The notes under the pieces: model-generated | What the model saw: the letters and a program-made list of their open reading frames with translations, nothing else | The model's database searches: none | Told to the model about the DNA's origin: nothing | Part shown: positions 26,884-40,232 of the stretch, piece by piece | Layout of the letters: each line of letters begins with the position of its first letter | Position numbering within the stretch: position 1 is the first letter of the stretch | Origin: the human T2T-CHM13v2.0 reference genome, Homo sapiens | Assembly (NCBI RefSeq): GCF_009914755.1 | Contig: NC_060932.1 | Strand: one strand, 5' to 3' | DNA: 64,000 nucleotides | Program-made: the position numbers and the translations under genes

Positions 26884-27096
26884 ACACTTGGACACAGGAA
26901 GGGGAACATCACACACTGGGGCCTGTTGTGGGGTGGGGGAATGGGGGAGGGATAGCACTAGGAGATATACCTAATGTAAATGATGAGTTAATGGGTGCAG
27001 CACACCAACATGGCACATGTATACATATGTAACAAACCTGCACGTTGTGCACATGTACCCTAGAACTTAAAGTATAATAAAATAAAAATAAAAAAA
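26884..27096 (+). mobile_element. Short L1PA3-5-type 3' end
   Basis: acacttggacacaggaaggggaacatcacac...gtgcacatgtaccctagaacttaaagtataataaa is close to the young L1PA consensus. Confidence 0.9.
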
Positions 27097-28065
27097 TACA
27101 TAAATAAAACTTTAAAAAAAGGAAATCTGAAAAGATCTATAACATGGAAAGAGATTGAATTAATAATCAAGCTAACTATGCCAAAGGAAATCCAGGTTCA
27201 GATGGTCTCACTGGTGAATTCTGCCAAACATTTAAAGGATAAATTAATAACAATCTTACATATGCTCTTTCAAAATCAGAAGTTGGAGGGAGTCCCCAAC
27301 TCATTCTGTGAAGCCGATATTTGTCTGATACTAAAACCATACAATGACATCATAAGAAACTACAAACCAGTGCCTCTTATGAATATAGATATAAAAATCC
27401 TCCACAAAATAACTAGCAAATTGAATCCAGCAACATAGAACATACCCAACTAGATTTTTTCCAGGATTTCAAGTTTGTTTTGACATCTGCAAATCAATTA
27501 ATGCAATGCAACATATTAATAGAATAAAAAGGGGAAAATGACATCAACTCAATAGGTGCAGAAGAAGTATTTGACAAAATTCAACACCTCTTCATAACAC
27601 TCAACAAACTGGAAATAGAAGAGAAATCCTCCATCTTAAAATAACATATACGAACAACCTATAGTTAACACCATACGTAATGGTTAAGGACTGAAAATTT
27701 TGCCTCAGTGACCGGGAGCAAGACAAAGATCTTGGCTGTCACTACTTCTATTCAACATTGTACTGGAGGTTCTAGGCAGGAAAAGCAGATGAGAAAAAAG
27801 AAAAAGCATTCCTATTGGAAAGGAAGAAGCAAAACAATATCTATTTGCAAGTAACATAAAGTTGTATAGAAAATATTTAGAAATTTCCTAACAAATTATT
27901 AGAAATAATAACTGAATTCAGCAAGATTGTAGGATACAAAATCAGCATACGAAACTCAATTGCATGCATGTATACTGCCAATGTACAATACAAAAATGAC
28001 CAAGATGTTATAAAACTTATACTCTGAAAACTATAAAATATTGAAATATTGAGAAAATTAAAGAA

Positions 28066-30826
28066 GGTTTTAGTATCAAGGTGATGCTGGTTTCATAGAA
28101 AGAGGAGTTCTTCTACCTTGATTTTTTTTTTTTTGGAATAGTTTTAGAATCGGAATCAGCTCCTTTTTGTACGTCTGGTGGAATTCAAGTATGAATCCAT
28201 CTGTTCTGAAGCTTTTTTAAGTTGGATTTTTATTACCAATTCAGTTTTGGAACTTGATAATGATCTGTTTAGGGTTTGTATTTCTTGCTGATTCAATCTG
28301 GCAAGATTATGTATTTCCAGGGATTTATCTACTTCCTCTAGATTTTCTAGTTTGTGTGTGTAGAGGTTTCATAATAGTCTCTGAGGATCTTTTGTTTTTC
28401 TGTGGGATTAGGTGTAATGTGACCTTTGTCATTTCTGATTGTGCTTATTGATGAACACAGATGCAAACATTCTTAACAAAATACTAATAAAACCAACAGC
28501 ACATCAACAAGTTAATTCACCACAATCAAGTAGGCTTCATTCTTGGGATGCAAGGTTGGTTCAGTGCACACAAATCAATAAATGCAGTTCACCACATAAA
28601 CAGAATTACAAACAAAAACCATACGTTCATCTGAGTACATTTGGGGAAAGCTTTAGATAAAATCCAACACCCTTTCATGATAAAAACCCTCCAGAAACTA
28701 GGCATCAAAGGAACATACCTCAAAATAATAAGTGCCACCTATGACAAACCCACAGCCAACATTAATACTGAATAGACACAAGCTGGAAGCATTCCCCTTG
28801 AGAACTGGAACAAGACAAGGATGCCCACTCTCACCACTCCTATTCAACATAGTGCTGGCCAGAACAATCAGGCAAGAAAACGTAGTAAAAGACATCCAAA
28901 TAATAAAACAGGAAGTCAAACTATTTGTCTTCACAGATGATATGATTCTATACCTGCAAAACCCCAAAGACTCTGCCAAAGGGCTCCTGGAACTGATAAA
29001 GAAAATTTCAGTAAAATTTCAGCATACAAAATCAATGTACAAAAATCAGTAGCATTTCTAGAAACCAGTGAAGTTCAAACTGAGAGCCAAATCAAGAACG
29101 CTATCCTATTCTTAATAGCTACAAAAAGAATAAAATACCTAGTAATACATCTAACTCGAAGTGAAAGATATCTACACGGAGAACTATAAAACACTGCTAC
29201 AATAAATCATAGATGGCACAAGCAACCAAAAACATTCCATGATGATGGACTGGAGGAATCAATATTGTTAAAATGGCTGTACTGCCCAAAGCGATCTACA
29301 GATTCAATGCTATTCCTATCAAACTACCAAAGTCATTTTTCACAGAACTAGAAAAAAACTATTCTAAAATTCATGTAGAACCAAAAAGCTCGAATAGCCA
29401 AAGCAATCCTATGCAAAAAGAACAAAGCCAGAGGCATCATGTTACCTGACTTCAAACTGTACTATAAACCTACAGTAACCAAATAGCATGGCACTGGTAC
29501 AAAAACAGACACATAAACCAACAGAACAGAATATACAACCCAGAAATGAACCCATACAGCTAAAGTCATCTAATCTTTGACAAAGTTGACAAAAATAAGC
29601 AATGGGGAAAGGGCTTCTTATTCAATAAATGTTATTAGCATAACTGGCTAGCCTTATGCAAAGAATGAAACTGGATTCCTGCCTTTCAGCATATGCAAAA
29701 ATTAACTCAAGATGAATTACAAATTTAAATGTAAGACCTCAAACTTCAAGAATCCTAAGAAAAAAAATAGGAAACACCATTCTGGACATCAGCCTTGGGA
29801 AAGGATTTATGACTTAAGTCCTTGAAAGCAACTGCAACAAAAACATAAATTGACAAGTGGGACCTAATTAAGTTAAAGAGCTTCTGCATAGCAAGAGAAA
29901 CTATCAACAGAGTAAACAGCCTACAGAATGGGAGAAAATATTTGCAAGCTATGGTCTAATACACAGAATCTATAAGAAACTTAACAGTTGAACAAGCAAA
30001 AAACAAATAGCCCCATTAAAATTGGACAAAAGACATAAACAGACATTTCTCTAAAGACATACATGTAGTCAAAAAACCCACGAAAAAATGCTCCATATCT
30101 CTAATTGTTATAGAAATGTAAATCAAACCACAATGAGATACCATCTCACGCCAGTCAGAATGACTATTATTAAAAAGTCGAAAAACAACAGATGCTGGTG
30201 AGGGTGCAGAGAAAAGGGAATGCTTATATCCTGTTTGTGGGAATGTAAATTAGTTCAGCCATAGTGGAAAGCAGTTTGGAGATTTCTCAAAGAATTTAGA
30301 ACTACTGTTTGACGCAGCAATCCCATTACTGGCTATGTATCCAAAAGAAAACAAAATTGTGCTATTGAAAAGACACATGCACTCACCTATTCATTGCAGC
30401 ACTACTCACGATAGCAAAGAGAGGAAATCAGCCTAGGCATGCAACACAGGTGGACTGGATAAAGAAAATGGCTGTGTACACCGTGGGATACTGCATAGCC
30501 ATAAAAAGAATGAAATCGTGTTCTTTGCAGCAATGTGGATGCAGAAGGTCATTATACTAAAAGAACTAACACAGGAACAGAAAATCAAATAGTGAATGTT
30601 CTCATTTGGAAGTATGGATATAATGATGGCAACAGTAGACCCTGGGGGCCGCTAGAGGAGGAAGGAAGGGCGGGAGGAAGTGTTGGAAAACTACTGGGTA
30701 CTATACTCTGTAGCTGGGTGACAAGTTCAGTCATACCCCCAAATCTCAGCATCCTACAATAGACCCAGGTAACAAACCTGCACATGTACCCCTGAATGTA
30801 AAATCAAAGTTGAAAAAATTAAAAAA
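28066..30826 (+). mobile_element. Old L1PA/L1PB LINE-1 with 5' inversion (28066-28449 minus, 28450-30826 plus)
   Basis: RT motifs ([27 protein letters not shown]) and a 3' UTR. Candidate TSD gagaaaattaaagaa (28051-28065) vs gaaaaaattaaaaaa (30812-30826). Confidence 0.9.
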
Positions 30827-31619
30827 TGTAAATCTTCAAAATAAAATAATAAATGCCAGTAGCCAAAAGAAAAATTGCTGTGGGAATCTGAAAGTACCAC
30901 ACAAGTAGTGAACCAATATTTTGAATTCCTTTTTAACTTTAATTTGAAGAAGGGCCTGGGATGGTTATTTGAGGAGCTCTCATCCAGCACTGTCCCCTTC
31001 ACGACTGGGTGGTGCTGAGCCTTTGGGGCAGCTGGAGAACAAACTGTCACTTTGCACACTTGCCGGGGTCATCAGCCAGCAGAAGCTGGCCCACAACGCA
31101 AAAGGACCCCGTGCTGAGGAGTGGGTTTTCCCGGCTTGGCTTTGCTGTTTGGACCTGAGTGGGGGTGTCTTCCTCTGGCCCCACAGGCTGTGAAGAGCCC
31201 ACTTTTTGGGGCCAACATGAGCAGTCCTCTGTCCTCATCATTCCAGGTCTCTGCCCCATCCCTTTCTCCAGCACCCTCATGGTAGTGACTACCAGGGTCA
31301 GGTGCAGGCTGTGATGAGGGGAGGATGCCTCCTCCGTCTCGAACCTCACGTCAACTCCTTTCCTCTTGCATCACTGTGCTGGGCTGAGGCTCAATGTGGT
31401 GATGGGGGCTGTGGCTGTTTGGGAACGACTTATCCTTTACATTGGCTGATGTTTGTATTTGTTGAGTGTGGAATCCACAAGATGCTTTCATGTAGGCATT
31501 TCATTTCTCCTTGCAAAATCTCTGTAAAGTAGGCACCCTCCCTCTCAACACAAGACAAGGTGCATGTTCAGTGACTTGTCTGAGGCCACTCACTCATTCA
31601 CACATTCATTTCTTCCACT

Positions 31620-32120
31620 AACTTTTTTGAGTAACTTTATGGAAGTGTAGTAAACGTATCGCAAGGTTTAGCTTTTTGAAGTGTGCGAGCCAGTGGCTTT
31701 TAGTGTGTTTGCACGGTTGTGCAGCCATCGCCATAATCTAATTTTAGAATATTTTATCATCATTAGTAACCACTCCCATTCTAGGCCCACCGCCTGCCCA
31801 GCCCTAGGAAGTCCCCAGTCTACTTCCTGTCTCTATGAACTTGCTATGCTGAACATTTCATAGGAATAGAACCATCTGGCATTGGCGGAATTTTGTGCCT
31901 GGCTTCTTCCACTTAGCACCACGTGTTCAAGTTTCATCCATGTGGTAGCAGTGCCAGCGCCTAATAGACACTCCCTCCATGCTTTTAATGAGCAAATGAC
32001 ATTCCATTGTTTGGATATACCCCATTGTATTTATCTGTTTGTCACTCATTGGACATTTGAGTTGTTTCTGCCTCTTGGCTGTGATGAATGAGAGGATGCT
32101 GTGAACATTTGTGTGGGCAT
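31620..32120 (-). mobile_element. L1MB/ME-type 3' end
   Basis: gtggcttttagtgtgtttgcacggttgtgcagccatc...tggcttcttccacttagca...tcaagtttcatccatgt. Confidence 0.8.
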
Positions 32121-33054
32121 CCTGGATGCATTCCCCTACCTTTCACTGAATATTTGCCACGCGATATATTTACAGAGATGAGTCAGGCCTGGCCTGTGCT
32201 CTAAGAAGCCTTTAATTCAATAGCAGAAGACTCAGCTGTAACCTCCTGGGAGCAAGGGCGTGCCTGTCTTAGTAATTATTGCAAATGTCCTGCCTACCAC
32301 GGGCCTGAATGGTTGGCTAACGGGGCTAATCGCAGAGCGCAGGGAAGGTTGGGATGCAGACCGCAGCTGGAGCCCTGTGATGTGAGAGGCCTGGAAGGAT
32401 TTCAGAGGCCACTCAAGGGGACCTGATGTAAGGGGTGAAGATGGAACTCAGTCTCGGAGCTGCCCAGCTCTGGGTCCAATGGGCAAGACTTGCTAAGCTT
32501 TGTTTGTGTTTTTAGTTACTGATAGATGATCTCAGTGCCTAAGAGTGTGTTGAGCACATGTCAGTTGACTTTCTGGGAAACACGCAGGGCTGTAAGTATT
32601 TAGGACATCAGGGTCTCACTGGGAGCTGTACTCCCTACTTGAAAATATAAAATGTACCTAAATATAGAAGTCTTGGAAAGAGTTATTTTAATCTGTAAGC
32701 TAAACCACTGTCCTCTACACATGATAGTGTCACACGGATGTATATGGAGGATAATAATTGTAATGGTATTAATGACACAAAAGGACTTAAGGTGTCCTAG
32801 GACGGGGTTTGACCAGGTGGTCAATAGGCCTGCACTGGGAGGGCTTCATGGTGACTGATCTGTTGGTGACTGCTAATGGCACTATTGAAAGGCCCAAGTG
32901 AATACCTAACATTTTTAAAGAGATAAAGTGCCAAAGAGAAGTTCTTCAGCATTGTAGCCTGTTGCTATAAAGAGGAATTAAGTTTCAAAGGCTTCTCCTG
33001 TCCTCCCTCGAAAGCGGAAAGTCCTGTGCGGCTGTTGTCGTAGGTGGTGCACCT

Positions 33055-33460
33055 GTCTGCTGGGACTTCTGTAACCAGTGGCACAACCCTGAGTGGAACC
33101 AGCACAGGAATGCACGTCTCACCGCTCTGGAGGCCACGGGTCTGAAATCAGGGTGTCTGCAGGCTGCTTTCTTCTGAGCCTGTGAGGGAAGCACGTGTTC
33201 TAGGCATCTCTCCTAATTCCTGGCCATTCCTTGGCTGTGGTGGCATCACCCCGATCCTCACATGACACTCCCTGTGGGTCTGATTCCAGTGTCAGCTTTT
33301 CATAAGGACACTAGTAATACTGAATCAGGGCCTGTCTCCCCAGGATTAGGGTGACCTCTCCTTAACCATTTACAGCAACAATGACCCTATTTCTAAACTA
33401 AGGTCACATTCTGAGGTCCTGCAGGTGAGGACTTCACATTTGAATTTTGTGGAGGCACAG
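33055..33460 (-). mobile_element. MLT1 (MLT1B/C-like) solo LTR
   Basis: ctggaggcc...tctgaaatcagggtgtc...gaccctatttctaaa.taaggtcacattctgaggt...gacttcacatttgaatttt. Confidence 0.85.
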
Positions 33461-33726
33461 GCTGTTCTAGATGGTTTCAGCTCTAAAATAATCCCGTCTC
33501 TGGAACAGATCGAGAACGAGGCTTAAAATTATGTCCCACGAGCTTGACTTTGGACTGACAGTGATTCTGTTGCACGTCACACCCTTTCTGGGAACTCATA
33601 GGTGGTTAGGATCAAGCTGCCTCTGCCTTGCGCAACTGGGGCCTTTCATGTGCCCTCAAGTGAGTGAGTTCACGGCGTCACGTCAGGAGTGATACCCGGA
33701 CTGTTCAACACTTAACTGTCACAGCG

Positions 33727-36700
33727 CTGTGTCTAGGAGCTCCCTCTCACGTGGCGCCATATCTAGTTCTCTCGCACACAAAGCATTGTGTCTGCTTCTC
33801 TCTCACATGCCACTGTGTCTAGTTCTCTCACGCATAGCATTGTGTCTAATTCTCTCTCACATGGCGCCATGTCTAGTTCTCTCACATGGCATCGTGTCTA
33901 GTTCCCTCTCACATGGCGTCGTGTCTAGTTCTCTCACACATGGCGCCATGTCTGCTTCCCTCACACATGGCGTCATGTCTAGTTCTCTCACACATGGCAT
34001 GTCTAGTTCTCTCACACATGGCGTCGTGTCTAGTTCTCTCTCACATGGCGTCGTGTCTAGTTCCCTCACACGTGGCATCGTGTCTAGTTCTCTCTCACAT
34101 GGCGCCGTGTCTAGTTATCTCACACGTGGCGTCGTGTCTAGTTCCCTCACACATGGCGTTGTGTCTCGTTCTCTCTCACGTGGCATTGTGTCTAGTTCCC
34201 TCACACATGGCGTCGTGTCTAGTTCCCTCTCACATGTTGCCGTGTCTAGTTCTCTATCACACATAGCGTCATGTCTAGTTCTCTCTCACACAGAGCATCA
34301 TGTCTAGTTCTCTCACATGGCACCATGTCTAGTTCTCTCACATGGTGCCGTGTCTACTTCTCTCTCACACGTAGCGTCATGTCTAGTTCTCTCTCACACA
34401 GAGCATCATGTCTAGTTCTCTCTCACATGGCACCATGTCTAGTTCTCTCACATGGTGCCATGTCTAGTTCTCTCACATGGTGCCGTGTCTAGTTCTCTCA
34501 CATGTTGCCGTGTCTAGTTCTCTCTCACACATAGCGTCTTGTCTAGTTCTCTCTCACACAGAGCATCGTGTCTAGTTCTCTCACATGGCGCCGTGTCTAG
34601 TTCTCTCACATGGCGCCATGTCTAGTTATCTCACATGGTGCCGTTTCTAGTTCTCTCACATGGCGCCGTGTCTAGTTCTCTCACATGGCACCATGTCTGC
34701 TTCTCTCACATGGCGCCGTGTCTAGTTCTCTCACATGGCGCCGTGTCTGGTTCTCTCACATGGCGCCGTGTCTAGTTCTCTCCCATGGCGCCGTGTCTAG
34801 TTACCTATCACATGGTGCCGTGTCTAGTTCTCTCACATGGCGCCATGTCTAGTTACCTCTCACATGGTGCCGTGTCTAGTTCTCTCTCACACATAGCGTC
34901 ATGTCTAGTTCTCTCTCACACAGAGCATCATGTCTAGTTCTCTCACATGGCGCCATGTCTAGTTCTCTCACATGGCGCCGTGTGTAGTTCTCTCACATGG
35001 TGCCGTGTCTAGTTCTCTCTCACACATAGCGTCATGTCTAGTTCTGTCTCACACAGTGCATCGTGTCTAGTTCTCTAACATGGCACCGTGTCTAGTTCTG
35101 TCACATGGCACCGTGTCTAGTTCTCTCACATGGCACCGTGTCTAGTTCTCTGCCACATGGCGCCGTGTCTAGTTCTCTCACATGGCGCCATGTCTAGTTC
35201 TCTCACATGGCGCCGTGTCTAGTTACCTCTCACGTGGTGCCTTGTCTAGTTCTCTCTCACACATAGCGTCATGTCTAGTTCTGTCTCACACAGTGCATCG
35301 TGTCTAGTTCTCTAACATGGCGCCATGTCTAGTTCTCTCACATGGTGCCGTGTCTAGTTCTCTCACATGGCGCCGTGTCTAGTTCTCTCACATGGTGCCG
35401 TGTCTAGTTCTCTCTCACACATAGCGTCATGTCTAGTTCTGTCTCACACAGAGCATCGTGTCTAGTTCTCTCACATGGCACCATGTCTAGTTCTGTCACA
35501 TGGCGCCGTGTCTAGTTCTCTCACATGGCACCGTGCCTAGTTCTGTCTCACATGGGGCCGTGTCTAGTTCTCTCACATGGTGCCGTGTCTAGTTCTCTCA
35601 CATGGCGCCGTGTCTAGTTCTCTCACGTGGTGCCGTGTCTAGTTCTCTCACATGGCGCCGTGTCTAGTTCTCTCTCACATGGTGCTATGTCTAGATCTCT
35701 CTCACACATAGCGTCATGTCTAGTTCTGTCTCACACAGAGCATTGTGTCTAGTTCTCTCACATGGTGCCGTGTCTAGTTCTCTCACATGGCACCATGTCT
35801 GGTTCTCTCACATGGCGCCGTGTCTAGTTACCTATCACATGGTGCCGTGTCTAGTTCTCTCACATGGCGCCGTGTCTAGTTACCTCTCACATGGTGCCGT
35901 GTCTAGTTCTCTCTCACACATAGCGTCATGTCTAGTTCTTTCTCACACAGAGCATCGTGTCTAGTTCTCTCACATGGCGCCGTGTCTAGTTCTCTCACAT
36001 GGCACCGTGTCTAGTTCTCTCACATGGCGCCGTGTCTAGTTACGTCTCACATGGTGCCGTGTCTAGTTCTCTCTTCTAGTTCTCTCACATGGCGCCGTGT
36101 CTAGTTCTCTCACATGGCGCCGTGTCTAGTTCTCTCACGTGGTGCCGTGTCTAGTTCTCTCACATGGCGCCGTGTCTAGTTCTCTCTCACATGGTGCTAT
36201 GTCTAGATCTCTCTCACACATAGCGTCATGTCTAGTTCTGTCTCACACAGAGCATCGTGTCTAGTTCTCTCACATGGTGCCGTGTCTAGTTCTCTCACAT
36301 GGCACCATGTCTGGTTCTCTCACATGGCGCCGTGTCTAGTTACCTATCACATGGTGCCGTGTCTAGTTCTCTCACATGGCGCCGTGTCTAGTTACCTCTC
36401 ACATGGTGCCGTGTCTAGTTCTCTCTCACACATAGCGTCATGTCTAGTTCTTTCTCACACAGAGCATCGTGTCTAGTTCTCTCACATGGCGCCGTGTCTA
36501 GTTCTCTCACATGGCACCGTGTCTAGTTCTCTCACATGGCGCCGTGTCTAGTTACGTCTCACATGGTGCCGTGTCTAGTTCTCTCTCACACATAGCGTCA
36601 TGTCTAGTTCTCTCTCACATGGCACCGTGTCTAGTTCTCTCACATGGTGCCATGTCTAGTTCTCTCACATGGCACCGTGTCTAGTTCTCTCACATGTTGC

Positions 36701-37735
36701 CGTGTCTAGTTCTCTCTCACACATAGCGTCTTGTCTAGTTCTCTCTCACACAGAGCATCGTGTCTAGTTCTCTCACATGGCGCCGTGTCTAGTTCTCTCA
36801 CATAGCGCAGTGTCTAGTTATCTCACATGGTGCCGTTTCTAGTTCTCTCACATGGCGCCATGTCTAGTTACCTCTCACATGGTGCCATGTGTAGTTCTCT
36901 CTCACACATAGTGTCATGTCTAGTTCTCTCTCACACAGAGTATCGTGTCTAGTTCTGTTACATGGCGCCGTGTCTAGTTCTCTCACATGGTGCTGTGTCT
37001 AGTTCTCTCACATGGTGCTGTGTCTAGTTCTCTCTCACACATAGCGTCATGTCTAGTTCTGTCTCACACAGAGCATCGTGTCTGGTTCTCTCACATGGCA
37101 CCATGTCTAGTTCTCTCACATGGCACCGTGTCTAGTTCTGTCACATGGCGCCATGTCTAGTTCTCTCACATGGCACCATGTCTAGTTTTCTCTCACATGG
37201 CGCCGTGTCTAGTTCTCTCACATGGCACCGTGTCTAGTTCTCTCACATGGCGCTGTGTCTAGTTCTCTTACATGGCGCCGTGTCTAGTTCTCTCACATGG
37301 TGCTGTGTCTAGTTCTCTCTCGCACATAGCGTCACGTCTAGTTCTCTCTCACACAGAGCATCGTGTCTGGTTCTCTCACATGGCGCCATGTCTGGTTCTC
37401 TCACATGGTGACGTGTCTAGTTCTCTCACATGGCGCCGTGTCTGGTTCTCTCACATGGCGCCGTGTCTAGTTCTCTCACGTGGTGCCGTGTCTAGTTCTC
37501 TCACGTGGCGCCGTGTCTAGTTCTGTCACATGGAACCATGTCTAGTTCTCTCACATGGCTCCGTGTCTCATTCTCTCACATGGAGCCGTGTCTAGTTCTC
37601 TCACATGGCACTGTGTCTAGTTGTCTCACATGGCGCCGTGTCTAGTTCTCTCACATGGCGCCGTGTCTAGTTCTCTGTCACATGGCCCTGTGTCCAGTTC
37701 TCTCACATAGTGCTGTGTCTGGAGCTCTCTCACAC
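33727..37735. repeat. ~4.0-kb minisatellite with 25-29-bp units (about 150 copies) and higher-order structure
   Basis: Core unit gtgtctagttctctcacatggcgcc, with recurring ..cacacatagcgtcat and ..cacacagagcatc variants. Confidence 0.99.
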
Positions 37736-38997
37736 CCTGACGCGTTATTTATTTCTTCCTTGACGTTACTGCAGTTACTCTCGGAGGCCTATACGGGTAG
37801 TAGCCCTACAGAGGAAGCAGAACATGTTTCCCATGGGGGCCTTTGATCCAGTTCTCTCCTGGGTGGAGCCAGTCAGCTTCTAGAGACTTTTCACTCCACA
37901 CTGGTCTTAGGCATTTGTAAAATACTCCATTTTAACCAGTGGAAATGACTTGAATTAACTGTATAATTTTAATTTTTCAGGGCAAGTGTGTAATTTAGAT
38001 TTTAACCAGCAAAACATATGTAAGTGGTGAAAAAAAAAAACTAATAAATTCTGGAAACCTTCAGGTTGGTCTTGTTTAATTTTAAAGTTCAGCGGCAGGA
38101 CACTCTTAAATCTTATGAGTTAATTTTCACAACTTGATATTGTAGAGAAAAATGTAATTGTCACACTGTTAAAATGACTTTTCTAATAAATGTTCTTGAA
38201 GTTTTAATATGACAAGGTACATGAATGATGATCACTGCCTCTACTGAAACATTCCTTTATGGCCCGAGATGGTCTCTGAGGGAACTCCAGGGAATGGTGC
38301 GCAGGTAGACTTGCTTTGATGATTGGCGTATATTCCAGTATAATTTGGTATAACGGGATTTAATTTGTTTGTAGATAAACCTACCTAAAGGGACCATGGC
38401 AGGAACAGAAATCCCATAGCTTATATAAACAACAGAACATTAATTAACACGAAGACACTAATTAGTTTATCCAGTTTGCTGGCAGAGCTCTGGGAACTGA
38501 GGGCCTGAGAGAGGCCTGATGTGTTTGTGGAAGAGGGGCGGCCGGGGGAAAGGGGTTGGTTGTCAGACATATGAGAGGATGCAGGTGACGGGGCAGGGCG
38601 GGGTTCTGGAGGATTTGGAGGAGCTATGCCATTACCTGCTCATGGCTAGAAAGTGCATGGAATGGGCAAGGCCCCACGTCACCAGCCAGGGGTCAGCAGC
38701 GAAGGGCTTGGCCCGTCTGTTCGTTCCTGGCCACGGACCTTGTTCACTTGTTTCTTATGAAATGTCCCATCCCTGGAATGTTGCACCAACCCCGCCCACT
38801 TCCTCTTGAATCCTGCTGAGGTACATTTCCTCAAGGAAGCTCCCCCAGTGCAGAAGGAGGCCCACCCTCGCCTGAGCCCTCTGCACCACTCCTCTGTGGC
38901 ACTTGTTGCCGTTGACCTTGTATGTTTGTTCTTAGGATTCCCTGATTAACATGCCCTCTCCTCCTTAATGGTAAGGGACCCACAGTGAGTGAGTGCA

Positions 38998-39240
38998 TAG
39001 GTGGGTGGATGGATGTATGTATGGACAGATGGACGGATGGATGGTCAGACAGACAGATGGATGGATAGACGGACAGATAGATGGATGGACGGATGGATGG
39101 ACAGATGGACCGACGGATAGATGGGTGGACGGACGGGCAGATGGACGGATGTGTGGATGGTCAGACAGACAGGTGAATCCATGGATTGACGGATGGATGG
39201 ACAGATAGACAGTGGATGGATTGATGGATGGATGGACAGA
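38998..39240 (+). repeat. (GGAT/GGAC/AGAT)n compound tetranucleotide repeat lying within L2-like sequence
   Basis: Directly visible. Confidence 0.93.
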
Positions 39241-40232
39241 ACTTTCTCTGATGACTCAAATATCACCCCAAGCATCGTCTTCTCTGGGGAGCCATTCCTG
39301 ACCACCTTCCCTAGGCAAACTTGCCAGCTCCCTCCTTTGTTTTCACGTCCCCATGTTGCCTTACTTTGTTTTTCCTGACTGCTTGAATATTTGTCCTTTG
39401 TGGGCGGTTACCCTGAGCACTGCATGGGAAAGGCACGGCGTGCTCATGGAGCTCACATTAAGTGGACACACCAGGGGAGTGAGGACCCGCCTGGCCTTCA
39501 GAGAGCCTGCAGGCCCCTGCCCTGGGGTTTGCTTAGCTCCTCAAGGGAAGGGGTTGGTGCCCTGTAGAGGTGAGGCGGGAGCTGGTGCAGCTCTGCTCTG
39601 CGAGGTCTTGGCACCTCAGTAAAGCTGCCGGTGCACATGCATACACCTACAAACCCAGACACTGGTGAGCGACGGTCATTCCTCCTGCGCAGCTGCCTGG
39701 CCTGCACCCTCTGTCATCTGAGGCCAGATGTTCTGGACTTGGCCCCTCAGAGAGATGTTCTGGACTTGGCCATTGCATTATTTATGTTCTGTTGTCATTT
39801 CATGTTATTCTCGTTTCCTCTTATTTTTTCTTCTCGCTCACGATATATTACAAAATTCTTTATGTTCTGGTTTCCTCACATTAATTTGTTTGGACCCCTC
39901 TTCTTCCCTAAAGAGGATTCATGGCACGGTTCCCATGTCCCATACTCGGTGGGGCTGGAGCCTGCCGATGCCCATGCCGCTGCCTCCGTCATGCCCTGAT
40001 CCTCCTCAAGTCCCAAACAACAGAGCATCTCGCCTCTGCTGTCTCTTCTCTCAGGTGGGCCACCCACCCTGCCACCATTGAAACCTTCCTCAGTCCACAT
40101 TTACTTATATAACTCCTTTTCTTCAGGCCCCTGAGTAACCTCACTATCCACATGATTAAGTCCAGTGCCTCAGCATCTGTTCTCTTATTAAAGAAACTGA
40201 TCAAGTCCCTGCTGTGTGTCCTCATCTACCTT

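Larger units (their letters stand above)
23355..28065 (+). mobile_element. Nested L1 cluster: an old host ORF2 (23355-23560, 24455-24560, 27120-28065) interrupted by younger L1 3' ends
   Basis: Host ORF2 sequence resumes colinearly after each insertion. Confidence 0.8.

Noticed and set aside
33727-37735. p53 response-element array (CTAG/CATG cores)
   Set aside because: Flanks do not fit RRRCWWGYYY (tgtCTAGttc, tcaCATGgcg).
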